Shown in pieces: positions 46,718-57,606 of a stretch of 64,000 nucleotides of DNA; position 1 is the stretch's first letter, and each line of letters opens with the position of its first letter. This DNA comes from Candidatus Saccharimonadota bacterium (GTDB lineage Bacteria; Patescibacteriota; Saccharimonadia; UBA4664), in assembly GCA_019352195.1 (NCBI GenBank), contig JACAFG010000002.1, positions 167,820 to 231,819 of the forward strand, in the 5' to 3' direction. The notes below the pieces were generated by a model. That model made no database searches and had not been told where the DNA came from. It saw only the letters and a program-made list of their open reading frames with translations. The translations under genes and the position numbers were made by a program.

Positions 46718-49036
46718 ATGAAGATTTCTACCACTTGGTTACAAACTCTGCTACGTCGCACAATGTTGGATAATGAATTGGTGACAGCTTTGGAACGCTC
46801 GGGCATTGAGATTGAACAATATAGTTCGTCAACTCCCCTCAACAAAAACATTGTGGTAGGTCTGGTTAAAAAAGTTATTCAGCATCCAGGAGCCGATAGG
46901 CTCAAAATAGCGACAGTGGACGATGGGCGGGAAGAGTTGACCATTGTTTGCGGCGCGCCCAACATTTATGCCGGAATGAAGGCTCCCCTGGCAAGGATTG
47001 GGGCAATTTTACCTGATGGCATGGTGATTTCCCCTGCCAAACTAAGAGGCGAGACCAGCTACGGCATGCTTTGCAGCCCTCGTGAGCTCGGTTTAAGCGA
47101 CAGCCATGAGGGTTTACTGGATCTCGGTGCTGATAGCGAGGTTGGGAAATTATTGTGCGACATATACCCATCTGATGGTTTTGTGGACGTCAAGACAGCC
47201 GCCAATAGGTTTGATTTGCTCGGCGCGATTGGCGTAGCGCGTGAAGTGGCGGCGATGGCGGATGCCCATTTGGTACTCCCCCCGGTGAAGCCGTTGCCTA
47301 AAATTTCGGCCGGTATGATTGGAAGTTTGGACGCGGCGTGTCCGCAGTTTGCTGTGGCAGAACTTACGCTAGACCCGGCCTCGCCCTCCCCCGATTGGAT
47401 TGTGGCGCGTCTGGCTGTGGCCGGGATTCGGTCGTTGGGCTTGGTAGTGGATATAACTAACTACGTGATGATAGAAACTGCGCAGCCGCTGCACGCTTAC
47501 GATGCCGATAAGGTTTCGCTGCCTTTTGGCCTTCGTAAAGCAAAAACAGGCGAGACTTTGATTACTCTTGACGATCAAAAACGCCAGCTTGATAGCACCG
47601 ACTTAGTTGTAACGGACGCTACTGGTACCATAGGTCTGGCGGGTGTCCGCGGCGGAGCAAGGACTGAATTTGGCCCCCAAACCAAGCGGATTTATCTAGA
47701 AGCAGCCACATTTGAGGGCGCCCTTATTCGCCAAACAGCTAAGCGCTATAATTTGCGTACCGATGCGAGTGCGCGTTTTGAGCGCGGACTCCCCCCTGAG
47801 GCAGCGGTAGTCGCCTTGGCCCGCGCCGTGGCGCTATTGGAAGAGTTTGCCAAGGCCGAGCTGATTCGGTGGAGTATGACACCGACCAAGACGGCTGGCT
47901 CTAGAAACCTTCGCGTGACGGCCGCGCATGCCAGTAAGATCATGGGCATACCAGTTACCCCGGCCGAGATTGTGGCATCGCTTGAGCGGTTGGAGATCAA
48001 GGCCACGAGCGACGGCGACGAGGTAACGGCTACGCTCCCCTGGTGGCGCCCTGATCTCAAAGAGGCCGAAGATTTGATTGAAGAAACCGTACGCGTAATT
48101 GGCTACGATAAAATTCCCTCGACTATTCCCGCTTGGCGGCCGCGCAAGTTGACGTTTGACCGAACGCGTCCTGCCCTTGGACACATCCGTAATTTGTTGA
48201 GCGGCGCAGGGTTATTTGAAGTTATGACCTACTCGTTTGTGTCGGCCGAGCAGCTTGAAGCGTCAAATCTGACGGCCGATAAACACTTGAAGCTTAAGAA
48301 TCCATTGTCGATTGAGCAGGCCTATTTACGGACCACTCTCCTACCGAGTCATTTGGCGGTAGCCGCTCGCAACCGCATGTATGCCAAAAAGACGGCATTT
48401 TATGAGCTTTCGAATGTGTTTGAGCCGAAAGCCGATGGCGAACAGCCGAATGAACGAATGCTTTTGTCGATTATGGTTACTCAACCTAAGGGTTCTTATG
48501 CTTTTGCCAAGGGTATTTTAGACGCTTTGGCGCGAAGTCTAAATGTGAGCTTTGAAATTTCGGCAGCTCATTCCCAGGGGCCGTGGGCCGAGGCTCGGGT
48601 GGCGGATGTCATTTTGAACGGCGAGCCCGTTGGCCGCATCGGTCAGCTCAGCCCAAGCCTCGTTCAAAGCGTCAAGCTCGTTGGTGAGGCAGCAGCGTTT
48701 GAACTACAGTTGGCCCCGTTATTGGCAGCGTCTCGCCCTGCGGCTGTGAGGGCAGCTTCACGCTTCCCTGAGGCGCAGCGTGACATAACAGTACTTGTTC
48801 CGGAGCAAACGCAGTGGCAGGATGTGGCGGCAGCTTTAGCCGGTGTTAGCGGGCTTGAGGCGACTTTTATGAGTGATTATGTGAACCAAGCTATGGCGTC
48901 GGGTTATAAAAGTCTATCGATACACCTGCGTCTATCGAGTAATGATCATACCCCTACCGACGCAGAATCATCCGAGCTTGAAACCAAAGTGCGTTCAATT
49001 TTACAGCGTCTGTTTAAGGCCTTACCAGAGAAATAA
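46718..49036 (+). CDS. pheT: phenylalanine--tRNA ligase beta subunit
   Basis: tRNA-binding N-terminus, B3/B4, B5 and C-terminal FDX-ACB regions. 772 aa, following pheS. Confidence 0.85.
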   Translation: MKISTTWLQTLLRRTMLDNELVTALERSGIEIEQYSSSTPLNKNIVVGLVKKVIQHPGADRLKIATVDDGREELTIVCGAPNIYAGMKAPLARIGAILPDGMVISPAKLRGETSYGMLCSPRELGLSDSHEGLLDLGADSEVGKLLCDIYPSDGFVDVKTAANRFDLLGAIGVAREVAAMADAHLVLPPVKPLPKISAGMIGSLDAACPQFAVAELTLDPASPSPDWIVARLAVAGIRSLGLVVDITNYVMIETAQPLHAYDADKVSLPFGLRKAKTGETLITLDDQKRQLDSTDLVVTDATGTIGLAGVRGGARTEFGPQTKRIYLEAATFEGALIRQTAKRYNLRTDASARFERGLPPEAAVVALARAVALLEEFAKAELIRWSMTPTKTAGSRNLRVTAAHASKIMGIPVTPAEIVASLERLEIKATSDGDEVTATLPWWRPDLKEAEDLIEETVRVIGYDKIPSTIPAWRPRKLTFDRTRPALGHIRNLLSGAGLFEVMTYSFVSAEQLEASNLTADKHLKLKNPLSIEQAYLRTTLLPSHLAVAARNRMYAKKTAFYELSNVFEPKADGEQPNERMLLSIMVTQPKGSYAFAKGILDALARSLNVSFEISAAHSQGPWAEARVADVILNGEPVGRIGQLSPSLVQSVKLVGEAAAFELQLAPLLAASRPAAVRAASRFPEAQRDITVLVPEQTQWQDVAAALAGVSGLEATFMSDYVNQAMASGYKSLSIHLRLSSNDHTPTDAESSELETKVRSILQRLFKALPEK

Positions 49037-49091
49037 TTTGATGATCGCAAAGTAGTTCCGTTCGGCCTACCATAAGCGCTATAATATAATT

Positions 49092-50546
49092 ATGGTGAGT
49101 TGGCGGTTGTCACGTGAGTTACATGAGAGCGCTGGTTTTACTTCGGTCAGCCGACTTCTTAGTGGCGCCGGAATGCTTGTTGCGGTAGCACTTGCCGCTC
49201 AGTTACTTGGCTCGAGCTGGTATATGGGGCGCATGCTACCGGATACGATGATCGGCGACCAAAACGTGGGCAATCTAACGCTCCCTCAAGCTCGCGTGAA
49301 GCTTGAGTCTATGGCAGCAAGCTACAATGTGGCTTTAAGCATCGGTGGTCAGCAATATAGCTTTACGCCCGCCCAACTAGGCATCACTTATGATGTGCAA
49401 ACCAGCATTGACGGAGCCTATAATCGACAGCGAACGACGTGGTTTTTTGCTCCGGGCAAGCGCTCGAGCACGCTCACGTATCATATTAATACCCCTCAGC
49501 TGACGGCCGCGATTGGGGCAGTGGCTGACAAAATTGGGACGCAACCGGTAAACGCCAACCTGAAAGTTTTGAATGGCCAAATTGTTACGGTGGCTGATAA
49601 AGATGGCTTCACGGTTGATCGCGTTGGTTTGGCCCGGTTGATTGAGCAAAATTTGGGCACTGGTACGCCGGCTCATTTGGCCACGGTACCACATCGCGAG
49701 CCGGCTGCTATTTTGGCGTCGTCGCTGGCACCAAGTATTGCAGCCACCAAGCAGCTCATGAACACGCAAATCACGCTCACCTATGGTACGCAAGTGTGGA
49801 CGCCGACGAGCGCGGCAATTGGTTCGTGGCTAACTTTTCAGCCGAACGATTCAAGCGCCACTGCCCCCGTTCTCGAGCCGGTGGTGGATCAGACCAAGCT
49901 GGCTGCATACGTGTCGGGCTTGGCTAAACAAGTTGATATAGCACCGGTGACGCAGCTGGAAACAGTTACCAATGGCGCCGTAAATATAAGCCGTATTGGG
50001 GTAAACGGCACAGCTATTAATCAAGCGGCCGTGGTAGCGGCGGTTTCGTCAGCAGTAATGAGCCAGCAAGCCTTGAATTACACGATTACCGACGGTCCCG
50101 TGGCATATAAAACCACGGTAACAAACTTCACGGTGCTGGATCTACCAAGTTACGTTGAGATCAATCTTAAGGTGCAGCATATGTGGGTGTGGCAAAACGG
50201 CGCCATTATTTATGACTCCCCTGTGAAGAGTGGCGCAACGGGCGCCGGTTATCCGACGGTAGAAGGTATGTTCCACATTTACTACAAATCTACGGATACG
50301 TGGTTGAACGGCGAGTCGATGGGTCCGCGCTACAACTACAATGACCATGTGAATTATTGGATGCCGTTTTATTCTGGGTACGGAATGCACGACGCAAGTT
50401 GGCGCAACGGTAACTTTGGCGAAACTTCCGGGCCCTTAGGATACTGGCGCGATGGCTCTCACGGCTGTGTGAATTTGCCGGATGCGACGGCGGAGTGGCT
50501 CTACAACTGGAGCGTGGTTGGTACGCCCGTTTGGGTTCATGAATAG
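49092..50546 (+). CDS. L,D-transpeptidase (YkuD domain) with N-terminal TM anchor and VanW-like region
   Basis: C-terminal catalytic motif SHGCVNLP. Confidence 0.7.
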   Translation: MVSWRLSRELHESAGFTSVSRLLSGAGMLVAVALAAQLLGSSWYMGRMLPDTMIGDQNVGNLTLPQARVKLESMAASYNVALSIGGQQYSFTPAQLGITYDVQTSIDGAYNRQRTTWFFAPGKRSSTLTYHINTPQLTAAIGAVADKIGTQPVNANLKVLNGQIVTVADKDGFTVDRVGLARLIEQNLGTGTPAHLATVPHREPAAILASSLAPSIAATKQLMNTQITLTYGTQVWTPTSAAIGSWLTFQPNDSSATAPVLEPVVDQTKLAAYVSGLAKQVDIAPVTQLETVTNGAVNISRIGVNGTAINQAAVVAAVSSAVMSQQALNYTITDGPVAYKTTVTNFTVLDLPSYVEINLKVQHMWVWQNGAIIYDSPVKSGATGAGYPTVEGMFHIYYKSTDTWLNGESMGPRYNYNDHVNYWMPFYSGYGMHDASWRNGNFGETSGPLGYWRDGSHGCVNLPDATAEWLYNWSVVGTPVWVHE

Positions 50547-50604
50547 CGTTTTAATGGCGATATTGCGGTAGCAGCTCTCAAGCATTAGTGTTATCATTTC
50601 AGAT

Positions 50605-51015
50605 ATGAACCCGCAAACTACCCCCGTCCCCCAACCATCTGGTGAACGTCCCGCGACGGGTACGCCAGAGCTGACTGTACCCAATCCGGAACACCTTGTA
50701 ACTGAGGCTGTAACACCGGAACCCGGTAGCCCTAACGCCGCTCCGGCCGGTGCACCACCCATAACAGCCAGTGATGTGGCGGCAGCGATTGCGCAAATGC
50801 CGTCGGCTACGCCGCCAGCGGCTACTTCCGGTGCCGTTCCTGCTACTGCCTCAGATGTTGATGTAATTGAACCCGAATGGGTTGATCAGGCCGAGAGTGT
50901 TATCGCCAAAACTGCTGGTGATCCACATGCCGAAGAAGAGGCCGTGGAGGCATTACAGGTGGATTATTTGGCCAAACGTTATGGTCACAATATCGCCAAA
51001 AGTGGTGATGAGTAG
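50605..51015 (+). CDS. hypothetical Pro/Ala-rich protein
   Basis: 136 aa with no RBS and a low-complexity N-terminal half. Uncertain. Confidence 0.35.
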   Translation: MNPQTTPVPQPSGERPATGTPELTVPNPEHLVTEAVTPEPGSPNAAPAGAPPITASDVAAAIAQMPSATPPAATSGAVPATASDVDVIEPEWVDQAESVIAKTAGDPHAEEEAVEALQVDYLAKRYGHNIAKSGDE

Positions 51016-51091
51016 CTGTCAGTAAAGTTTTTGTAACTAGAGGCCAAGTGAGCAGAGCCAGAGTATCAGCTAAGCGTTTGGAGGGCCAACG

Positions 51092-54000
51092 ATGAGCGGA
51101 ATCGCCGTCGTAGTATTGGTTTTCTTTGTCTTGGCAGCGGTGCTCGGCGGGGTGGCTTATATGGTGTATCGGCGCAAGCTGCAGCGGGCAAAATCGATTG
51201 AACGCGGTCTTAAAATGGTGCCGCTTCTCATTCATTTGCCTGCCAGCTCGAGCGACACGGCAGCTGGCGGACGTGACGTGCGCGAAGTTATGCGCGAAAA
51301 GATTGCCCAGGCCGAAGTGCTCTACAACCTTATTGCCGGGACCGCTACTAATGGCTTTAAGTCGACTTTTTATGGTCAACGACATATTGCGCTCGAAATC
51401 ATTGCCAGCGATGGTATGGTGCATTTTTATGCGGCGGTGCCAGTTAATTTGGTAAGCGTCATTGAAAAAGCCATCCTCACGGCTTATCCGGGGGCCAAAC
51501 TTGAAGAAACCGAAGACCACAACATCTTTAATGAGCAAGGTCGCTTGTCGGCCACTATGGGCGGAGAACTGGTACTTAAAGCCGATGCGGCCTATCCGAT
51601 TGCGACATATACCCATTTGGAGCGTGATCCGCTAGAGGCACTCCTTGTAACCCTGAGCGGCTTGAGCAAAACCGACGGCGCAGCGGTGCAAATTATGGTA
51701 CGTCCTGCTCCCCCAGCATGGGTAAAGTCAGCGGTGAAACTCACCACAAAATTGCGCCGCGGACGAAATCAAGGCTTGAAATTTGGTGTTGCTGACCTCG
51801 CAAAGGCAGCGGTAAAGGCGCCAACGTCGTCGGTACCCGCTGACTTGGCTAAAGGCGCCACTAATCCCAATTTGAGCCAACTAGAATTGTCGGCCATTGA
51901 GCAGGTTGAGGATAAAACCAAGCATCCTGGGTTCGAAGTCCTTATTCGGGTGCTCGTTTCGGCCGAAAATGTATCGCGCAGTCAGCAGGTGCTTCAGGAT
52001 TTGGCGACCAGCTTTTCGCTTTTTGAACGCCCTGGGCTGAACGGCTTTAAGTTTGTGCCGGCACTTGATGTTCAGGGGCTGGTGACAGCCTTTATTTTTC
52101 GCTTCTTCCCGCCGGAAATGCACTCCAGTGTGCTTAATTCGGCAGAGCTTGCCACGTTGTTTCATTTGCCAGACTCACAGTTTACGCCCACCAACAATGT
52201 TGCACGTCAGCTGAGCAAAGAGGTAGATGGCCCCACTTCACTGTCATCAACCGGCCTTCTACTCGGTTACAACGAGTTTCGCGGGACGAAGAAAGAGATC
52301 CGTCTGAGCGAGCAGGATCGTCGTCGTCACACGTATATTCTGGGCCAGACCGGGACCGGTAAATCTACCATGCTTGAGAACATGATGGTTCAGGATATGC
52401 TGTCGGGCAACGGCTTTGCATTTATTGATCCGCACGGCGATTCGGCCGAAAAGCTTCTGAGTTTGGTGCCCAAAAACCGGGCCGAGGATGTTATCTACTT
52501 CAACCCGGCTGATATGGAATATCCTCTGGGGCTAAACTTATTTGAGTTTGATGACCCGATGCAAAAGGATTTCTTAATTCAAGAGAGCCTTAATATGCTC
52601 TATAAACTCTACGATCCCAACGGTACGGGTGTGATTGGTCCGCGGTTTGAGCAGTGGTACCGTAACGCGGCGCTTACACTGATGGCCGATCCCAATGGCG
52701 CTACCTTCATTGAAATTCCCAAGGTTTTCACCGATACCGAATATCTGAAGCAAAAGTTTAAATATCTGAAAGACCCTACGGTTATAGATTTTTGGACCAA
52801 GGAAATGGGCCAGACGAGCGATTATCATAAGTCGGAAATGCTCGGCTATTTTGTCAGTAAATTTGGCGCTTTTCAGCAAAATGAAATGATGCGAAATATC
52901 ATTGGCCAGACGAAGTCGGCCTTTAATATGCGCGATATCATGGATAACAAAAAAATCTTAATTGTGAACTTGAGTAAAGGCCAAGTTGGCGAGATGAACG
53001 CCAAACTGCTCGGTATGATGTTTGTCATTAAGTTCCAATCGGCCGCCATGAGCCGAGCTAACATGCCGGAAGCTGACCGCAACGACTTTTGTTTGTATGT
53101 TGATGAATTTCAAAACTTCTCCACCGATAGTTTTGCCTCAATTTTGAGTGAGGCGCGCAAGTATCGCCTCAACCTAATTGTAGGTAACCAGTTTATTGGT
53201 CAGCTGAGTAACGAAATTAGAGATGCGGTTTTTGGTAACATCGGGACGATTGTTGCTCACCGGATGGGTCCGGATGACGCTGAGTTTATGGTTAAGCAGC
53301 TTACGCCGGTGTTCGACGCGTCGGACCTTATGAATATCCCGAACTATCATTCGGCGGTACGCCTCCTCATAGGTGGCCTGCCGAGCCAACCGTTTACCAT
53401 GCTCGACTCTCCATGGATTGCGCCCGGCAATCCGGCGATGGGAGTGGCTATAAAGCAGCTGAGTGCGGCTAAATTTGGCGTCGCCAAACCAGTGGTGGAT
53501 GCGGATATTACGGCGCGGCTCAGCAGCCGTCCGGTGGTGCCGGCGCCGACCGTGCAACTGACCCCTTCCAAACCAACTGAAATTCCGGATGATAAGTCGC
53601 CCGTGATGCTCCCACCCCCGACATCAGTGGCCACAGCGCCAGCACCGGTTGTGGCACCACCAAAGGTAGCTGAAGCGATTACCCCCATGCCCGCATCATC
53701 AGGCCCCGTTTCGGCCGTCGTGACGCCGCAGGTCGAAGCAGTAGCGTCAGTAGTGCCGCTCGCAACAGCTCCAGCCGAAGCTACGGCGCAAGCCACGCCA
53801 ACGACGGTTGCTCCGACGTCGGCTCCTGTGGCTGAAGTCGCTACGCCGGCCCCTGTTCTGGCTCCTATGGTGGAATCGCCGTCCATTATTGCTGACTCGG
53901 CAGATGACGACGCGCCCGATCCGGTTCGGACCGCGTTGGGCCAGCCGCTTCCGCCGCCGTCAGCGCCCGCAGTGCTCCCGATTGCTGAGCCGGTATCTAC

Positions 54001-56950
54001 TCCAGCTCCAATGCCCCAGCCAGTTGCCGCGCCAGTTGTTATACCCGATGCAGCGCCTATTGCTAGTTCGATGCCACCGATTGGAGCGCCACCGATTGCA
54101 CTACCAGGCGAGAGCGCAGATCAGGTGACGGCGCCTGTGACAAATAAGGATACGCTCTCGATTCGCGATATTACGGGCGGTGAGCGGACGCCCGTGGTGG
54201 CGCCGAGCGCACTGGACGACGTCGAACTTATTCCTCCAGGTGCTGAGCCGCCAGTGGTTCCGATGGTACCAGTTTACGATCCTGCCACCGATCCTAACGC
54301 GGGTGTCGACTTGTTGGCTGCACCTCCGCCACCACTCGCCAACGCTGACGCGTCAAGCGCGCCTACGCCTGTTGCGGCTAAACCCGCCGCCGTTTATGAT
54401 CCGGCGACCGATCCTAACGCTGCCGTACCACTTCTTGCTGCCGATGTTAACATGGAGCCTGTCTTTGAATTGCCTCCTACGGCTGCACCTGCGTTGCCAG
54501 CAGAACCGGTAGTATTAGCCACCCCGATTGCTGTCCCGATGCCTATTGAACCGACTATACTCTCGACTCCTGAGCCAAACTGGCAGGCCGGTCCCGAGCC
54601 GTTAGCAAACCCCGCCGTGGAGAGCGTGGCAGCACAACCGGTGGCCACTGCTACGGCTGACGATTTTGTCTCCGAAGGCGGTGATAACCTGCCCATTCAC
54701 TTTATTGATCCCAGTCTCGAAGCAGTTCTTGAGCGTCCGTATGAAACTACGGCTACGCCGGTGAAGCCGATTTCAACGGCTGTTTCGGCACCTGAATTAG
54801 CGGTGCCCCCGGAGCCTGCTTCAGTAAGCCCGGCACCGGTCATTGTCTCCGCCTTACCGCCGCTTGGTGCGCCGTCGGTGGCGCTGCCGTCGAGCGATGC
54901 CAATTTAGCCTCGAACGTAACGACGGCTCCGGCTACAAGTTTTGTTAACCCGGTTGCCAGCGAGGCACTGCCTCCCAAGTCGGTCATGCCCGCACCAGTT
55001 GAACCCGCGGCACCGGTGCCGGCACTAATTCAAACACCGCCGCCCATTGGAGCGCCGCCAGTAAGTCTCGACCAGACACCGACGATAGCCTCAGTTACCA
55101 ACGTAACTGCTGATACACCGATAGTTATTGCCGAGCCGCCCGCATCAGAAGTGATTGCTCCCGTTATGGAACAGCCCGTGGAACAGACGGCGCTCGTAAA
55201 AGCGGAACAAGCCTCGTCATTGCCTCAAGCTGAGACGTCCCGTCAGACACTAGCATCGCCAGTTGAGCCTTTACCAACAGTTGAGCCTGTAGAGCTTAAG
55301 CCAGCAGAGATTAAGACGCCGGCCGTGCCGGTGGTTGCTGATTCGAAAACAATCATTCAGTCGCCGGTCGACACGAAGCCAGTAGCTGGTGACATAACAA
55401 ATGTATATGCGCCGGCTCCCTTGCCTGTAACCGAGCCAGCTATGGTTCCAGGGGTCGCCAAACCGGTTGCCCACGAAGAACCGGTTTCGGAGCCCGTACC
55501 AGAGCCCGCGCCAACACCCCGTCCTGAGCCCAGTCCCGAAATAAAAGCAGCCATGGCGGCGGTGTCGTCCGAAATCATCGGTGCTCCCACGCCCTCGGCA
55601 GCGGTGCCTGCGCCGGCCACGTCGACGTTAGCGAAGCCTGCGCCTGATACTCATCACGCTGAAGCTGAAACGGTGCCTCAGCCCACGCCTGCGGCACAAC
55701 CGACTGACGCGCTTGTCTCGTCAGTTGATGAAGGCAGGCCGAAGATTGAAGAGCAGCCGCGCGAGCATCCTGCTCCTATGACGGCCGAATCAAAGCCGGA
55801 GTCAAAGTCCGACGCCCATGCGCAGCCAGCCGCCAATAAAACGGTGGAGACTAAACCCACTGAGCCTGCCAAGCAGCCGACAGAAGCTAAACCGGTTGCG
55901 GCAGTTCATGTGGACGAGCCTCAAATCATCACTCACTCGACAGATAAAACATCTGATACGCCCAAAATTGAAACGCATATGCCGGTTAAAGCGGCCGAAA
56001 TTGTGGCCAAAACTGAAGACACTATCGATGAGCTGTTAAGTACTTCCCTCATTCATACCGGCTCAAGTCGGCATCGTTTGGCCGAACCAGAACCCGAAGC
56101 GGCAGCAGCCGCTGAAACCACCGATGGCAAGACTCCAGATAGCGGCCGGCACTGGGTGGGAAGTTCGCAGCCAGCAGATATTGGCGATCTGGACGAAGGC
56201 GAAACAGCTGATGAAGAGTCAGCCCATGAGCCGACCCTTTACAGCAGTGCTCACCAAAAAGTAATCCAGCCGCCTCAGTCGGTTGTCTCCCTGAAAGAAG
56301 AGCTTGCCAAAGAGTTGAAGGCCGAAGCGACTGAAATGGGGGCGCAGGCACCGACGCTAGCTGCTGCTCCATCGCCTGTCCCAGTCCCAACAACTGCACC
56401 GACTCCGATGCCCGAGCCAGTTCCAACGCCTAAGCCCGCGGCGGCGGTAATTCGCGACTTGCGACCAGACTACGTCGCTAATGCCAACCCGGCTCCGCGC
56501 CCGTTGATACCAACTCCGCCCCCCGCTCCGGTAGTGGCATCGGCCGACGACTTTGATTTGCCCGAAGCTACTTCATTGGCGGCCGATGACGTCGCGGCAG
56601 CGCGAATGGCCCAACGCGCGGCCGGTGAAGCCCGGGCAGCTGCCATTGCCGCCGTACCGCCGCCGCGCTCATCATCGCTTGGTCCGGCATCGACCCTGGC
56701 ACAACCGGTTCACCCGGCTAAGCAAAATCGTCATCACGCTGAACAGCGTCGGTCGACGCCCAAGCCAGCACCGGCTCCAGTCGCACCTAAGCGCGTAGTA
56801 GAACCCGAGCCCATGACTGGTAAGCTTATCTTGCCCAACGCGGCCGCCCAGGCTGCCAACAGCGTCCCTAAGCAGGTGGTGCGTCCCGAGAAGCTCGCTA
56901 AGGGTGAAGTATTTGTTGATGCTTCGGGCAACGTTGTGGTTGGCGAGTGA
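51092..56950 (+). CDS. giant membrane-anchored P-loop ATPase (FtsK/HerA/TraG-TrwB-like, DUF87-type) with ~1150-aa Pro/Ala/Val-rich C-terminal extension
   Basis: N-terminal TM; Walker A (RRHTYILGQTGTGKSTML) followed by IDPHGD; Walker B (FCLYVDEFQNF). The C-terminal 60% is low-complexity PAPV-rich with repeated VYDPATDPNA(G/A)V and PIGAPP motifs. Confidence 0.65.
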   Translation: MSGIAVVVLVFFVLAAVLGGVAYMVYRRKLQRAKSIERGLKMVPLLIHLPASSSDTAAGGRDVREVMREKIAQAEVLYNLIAGTATNGFKSTFYGQRHIALEIIASDGMVHFYAAVPVNLVSVIEKAILTAYPGAKLEETEDHNIFNEQGRLSATMGGELVLKADAAYPIATYTHLERDPLEALLVTLSGLSKTDGAAVQIMVRPAPPAWVKSAVKLTTKLRRGRNQGLKFGVADLAKAAVKAPTSSVPADLAKGATNPNLSQLELSAIEQVEDKTKHPGFEVLIRVLVSAENVSRSQQVLQDLATSFSLFERPGLNGFKFVPALDVQGLVTAFIFRFFPPEMHSSVLNSAELATLFHLPDSQFTPTNNVARQLSKEVDGPTSLSSTGLLLGYNEFRGTKKEIRLSEQDRRRHTYILGQTGTGKSTMLENMMVQDMLSGNGFAFIDPHGDSAEKLLSLVPKNRAEDVIYFNPADMEYPLGLNLFEFDDPMQKDFLIQESLNMLYKLYDPNGTGVIGPRFEQWYRNAALTLMADPNGATFIEIPKVFTDTEYLKQKFKYLKDPTVIDFWTKEMGQTSDYHKSEMLGYFVSKFGAFQQNEMMRNIIGQTKSAFNMRDIMDNKKILIVNLSKGQVGEMNAKLLGMMFVIKFQSAAMSRANMPEADRNDFCLYVDEFQNFSTDSFASILSEARKYRLNLIVGNQFIGQLSNEIRDAVFGNIGTIVAHRMGPDDAEFMVKQLTPVFDASDLMNIPNYHSAVRLLIGGLPSQPFTMLDSPWIAPGNPAMGVAIKQLSAAKFGVAKPVVDADITARLSSRPVVPAPTVQLTPSKPTEIPDDKSPVMLPPPTSVATAPAPVVAPPKVAEAITPMPASSGPVSAVVTPQVEAVASVVPLATAPAEATAQATPTTVAPTSAPVAEVATPAPVLAPMVESPSIIADSADDDAPDPVRTALGQPLPPPSAPAVLPIAEPVSTPAPMPQPVAAPVVIPDAAPIASSMPPIGAPPIALPGESADQVTAPVTNKDTLSIRDITGGERTPVVAPSALDDVELIPPGAEPPVVPMVPVYDPATDPNAGVDLLAAPPPPLANADASSAPTPVAAKPAAVYDPATDPNAAVPLLAADVNMEPVFELPPTAAPALPAEPVVLATPIAVPMPIEPTILSTPEPNWQAGPEPLANPAVESVAAQPVATATADDFVSEGGDNLPIHFIDPSLEAVLERPYETTATPVKPISTAVSAPELAVPPEPASVSPAPVIVSALPPLGAPSVALPSSDANLASNVTTAPATSFVNPVASEALPPKSVMPAPVEPAAPVPALIQTPPPIGAPPVSLDQTPTIASVTNVTADTPIVIAEPPASEVIAPVMEQPVEQTALVKAEQASSLPQAETSRQTLASPVEPLPTVEPVELKPAEIKTPAVPVVADSKTIIQSPVDTKPVAGDITNVYAPAPLPVTEPAMVPGVAKPVAHEEPVSEPVPEPAPTPRPEPSPEIKAAMAAVSSEIIGAPTPSAAVPAPATSTLAKPAPDTHHAEAETVPQPTPAAQPTDALVSSVDEGRPKIEEQPREHPAPMTAESKPESKSDAHAQPAANKTVETKPTEPAKQPTEAKPVAAVHVDEPQIITHSTDKTSDTPKIETHMPVKAAEIVAKTEDTIDELLSTSLIHTGSSRHRLAEPEPEAAAAAETTDGKTPDSGRHWVGSSQPADIGDLDEGETADEESAHEPTLYSSAHQKVIQPPQSVVSLKEELAKELKAEATEMGAQAPTLAAAPSPVPVPTTAPTPMPEPVPTPKPAAAVIRDLRPDYVANANPAPRPLIPTPPPAPVVASADDFDLPEATSLAADDVAAARMAQRAAGEARAAAIAAVPPPRSSSLGPASTLAQPVHPAKQNRHHAEQRRSTPKPAPAPVAPKRVVEPEPMTGKLILPNAAAQAANSVPKQVVRPEKLAKGEVFVDASGNVVVGE
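54271..54450 (+). repeat. intragenic tandem duplication (~60 nt units ~120 nt apart) encoding VYDPATDPNAxV...LLAA
   Basis: gtttacgatcctgccaccgatcctaacgc versus gtttatgatccggcgaccgatcctaacgc. Confidence 0.6.
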
Positions 56951-56980
56951 GACTCCTCCCCTAACGGTCAGCCCAATACA

Positions 56981-57016
56981 AAAAAATGTCCTCGCAGCGG
57001 CGAGGACATTTTTTTA
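56981..57016. terminator. bidirectional intrinsic terminator
   Basis: AAAAAA-TGTCCTCGC-agcg-GCGAGGACA-TTTTTTT. Confidence 0.85.
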
Positions 57017-57033
57017 GACGGGCGAGTGACCGG

Positions 57034-57603
57034 CTATTTGTGGCGCGGGTGTAGCGAACGAACGAGACCTTCGAGCACAACACCGATAATACCGCCGGCG
57101 ACGAGCGAGACAACAAGCTCTGATCCGCGCATAGCGTAGCCGTAGGTACGTGCGAAGTAGTAAAACGTCCCAGCCACAATCAGCGCGGTTACAACGGCTC
57201 CTAGGGTCACTGAAGGCCGCATAACACTCGACTCGAGAGCTTCGCTGGTTTTTTCAACGAGGGGTGCATGAATGACTTTACTAAAACTTCGGCTGGCCGG
57301 CGACAGTTTGTGCTGCATGCTAGCCATTGTCTCGGTATAGCTTAGATGCGGGTTGAGCCGGCCCATGAAGGTGGGTTTGGGCGCCTGATTTTCGGCTGCC
57401 GCGACGGGTTCTTCTTTTGACTGTTCTTGCTGATCGATGACTTTACGCGCAGTTTCAGCGCGCTCACCTTGATCGTCGCGGTGGTTTTCGGCCGCGGCTT
57501 CGGCAGAAGCTTCTTGCTCGGCGAGCTGAGCTTCGGCGAGCTTGTCGAGCTCACTCTGACGCTCGGCAGATTCGTGATTTATGGGTCCCTGTTCAGCTGA
57601 CAT
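57034..57603 (-). CDS. hypothetical protein with acidic/coiled N-terminus and two C-terminal TM helices
   Basis: RBS GGAGGAGC upstream. Follows the LPXTG gene on the same strand (3-nt gap). Confidence 0.5.
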   Translation of the reverse strand: MSAEQGPINHESAERQSELDKLAEAQLAEQEASAEAAAENHRDDQGERAETARKVIDQQEQSKEEPVAAAENQAPKPTFMGRLNPHLSYTETMASMQHKLSPASRSFSKVIHAPLVEKTSEALESSVMRPSVTLGAVVTALIVAGTFYYFARTYGYAMRGSELVVSLVAGGIIGVVLEGLVRSLHPRHK

Positions 57604-57606
57604 TAT

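Noticed and set aside
50900-51616. 238-aa minus-strand ORF overlapping the start of the giant ATPase gene
   Set aside because: Antisense to a gene with clear Walker motifs and a TM start. No conserved motifs.
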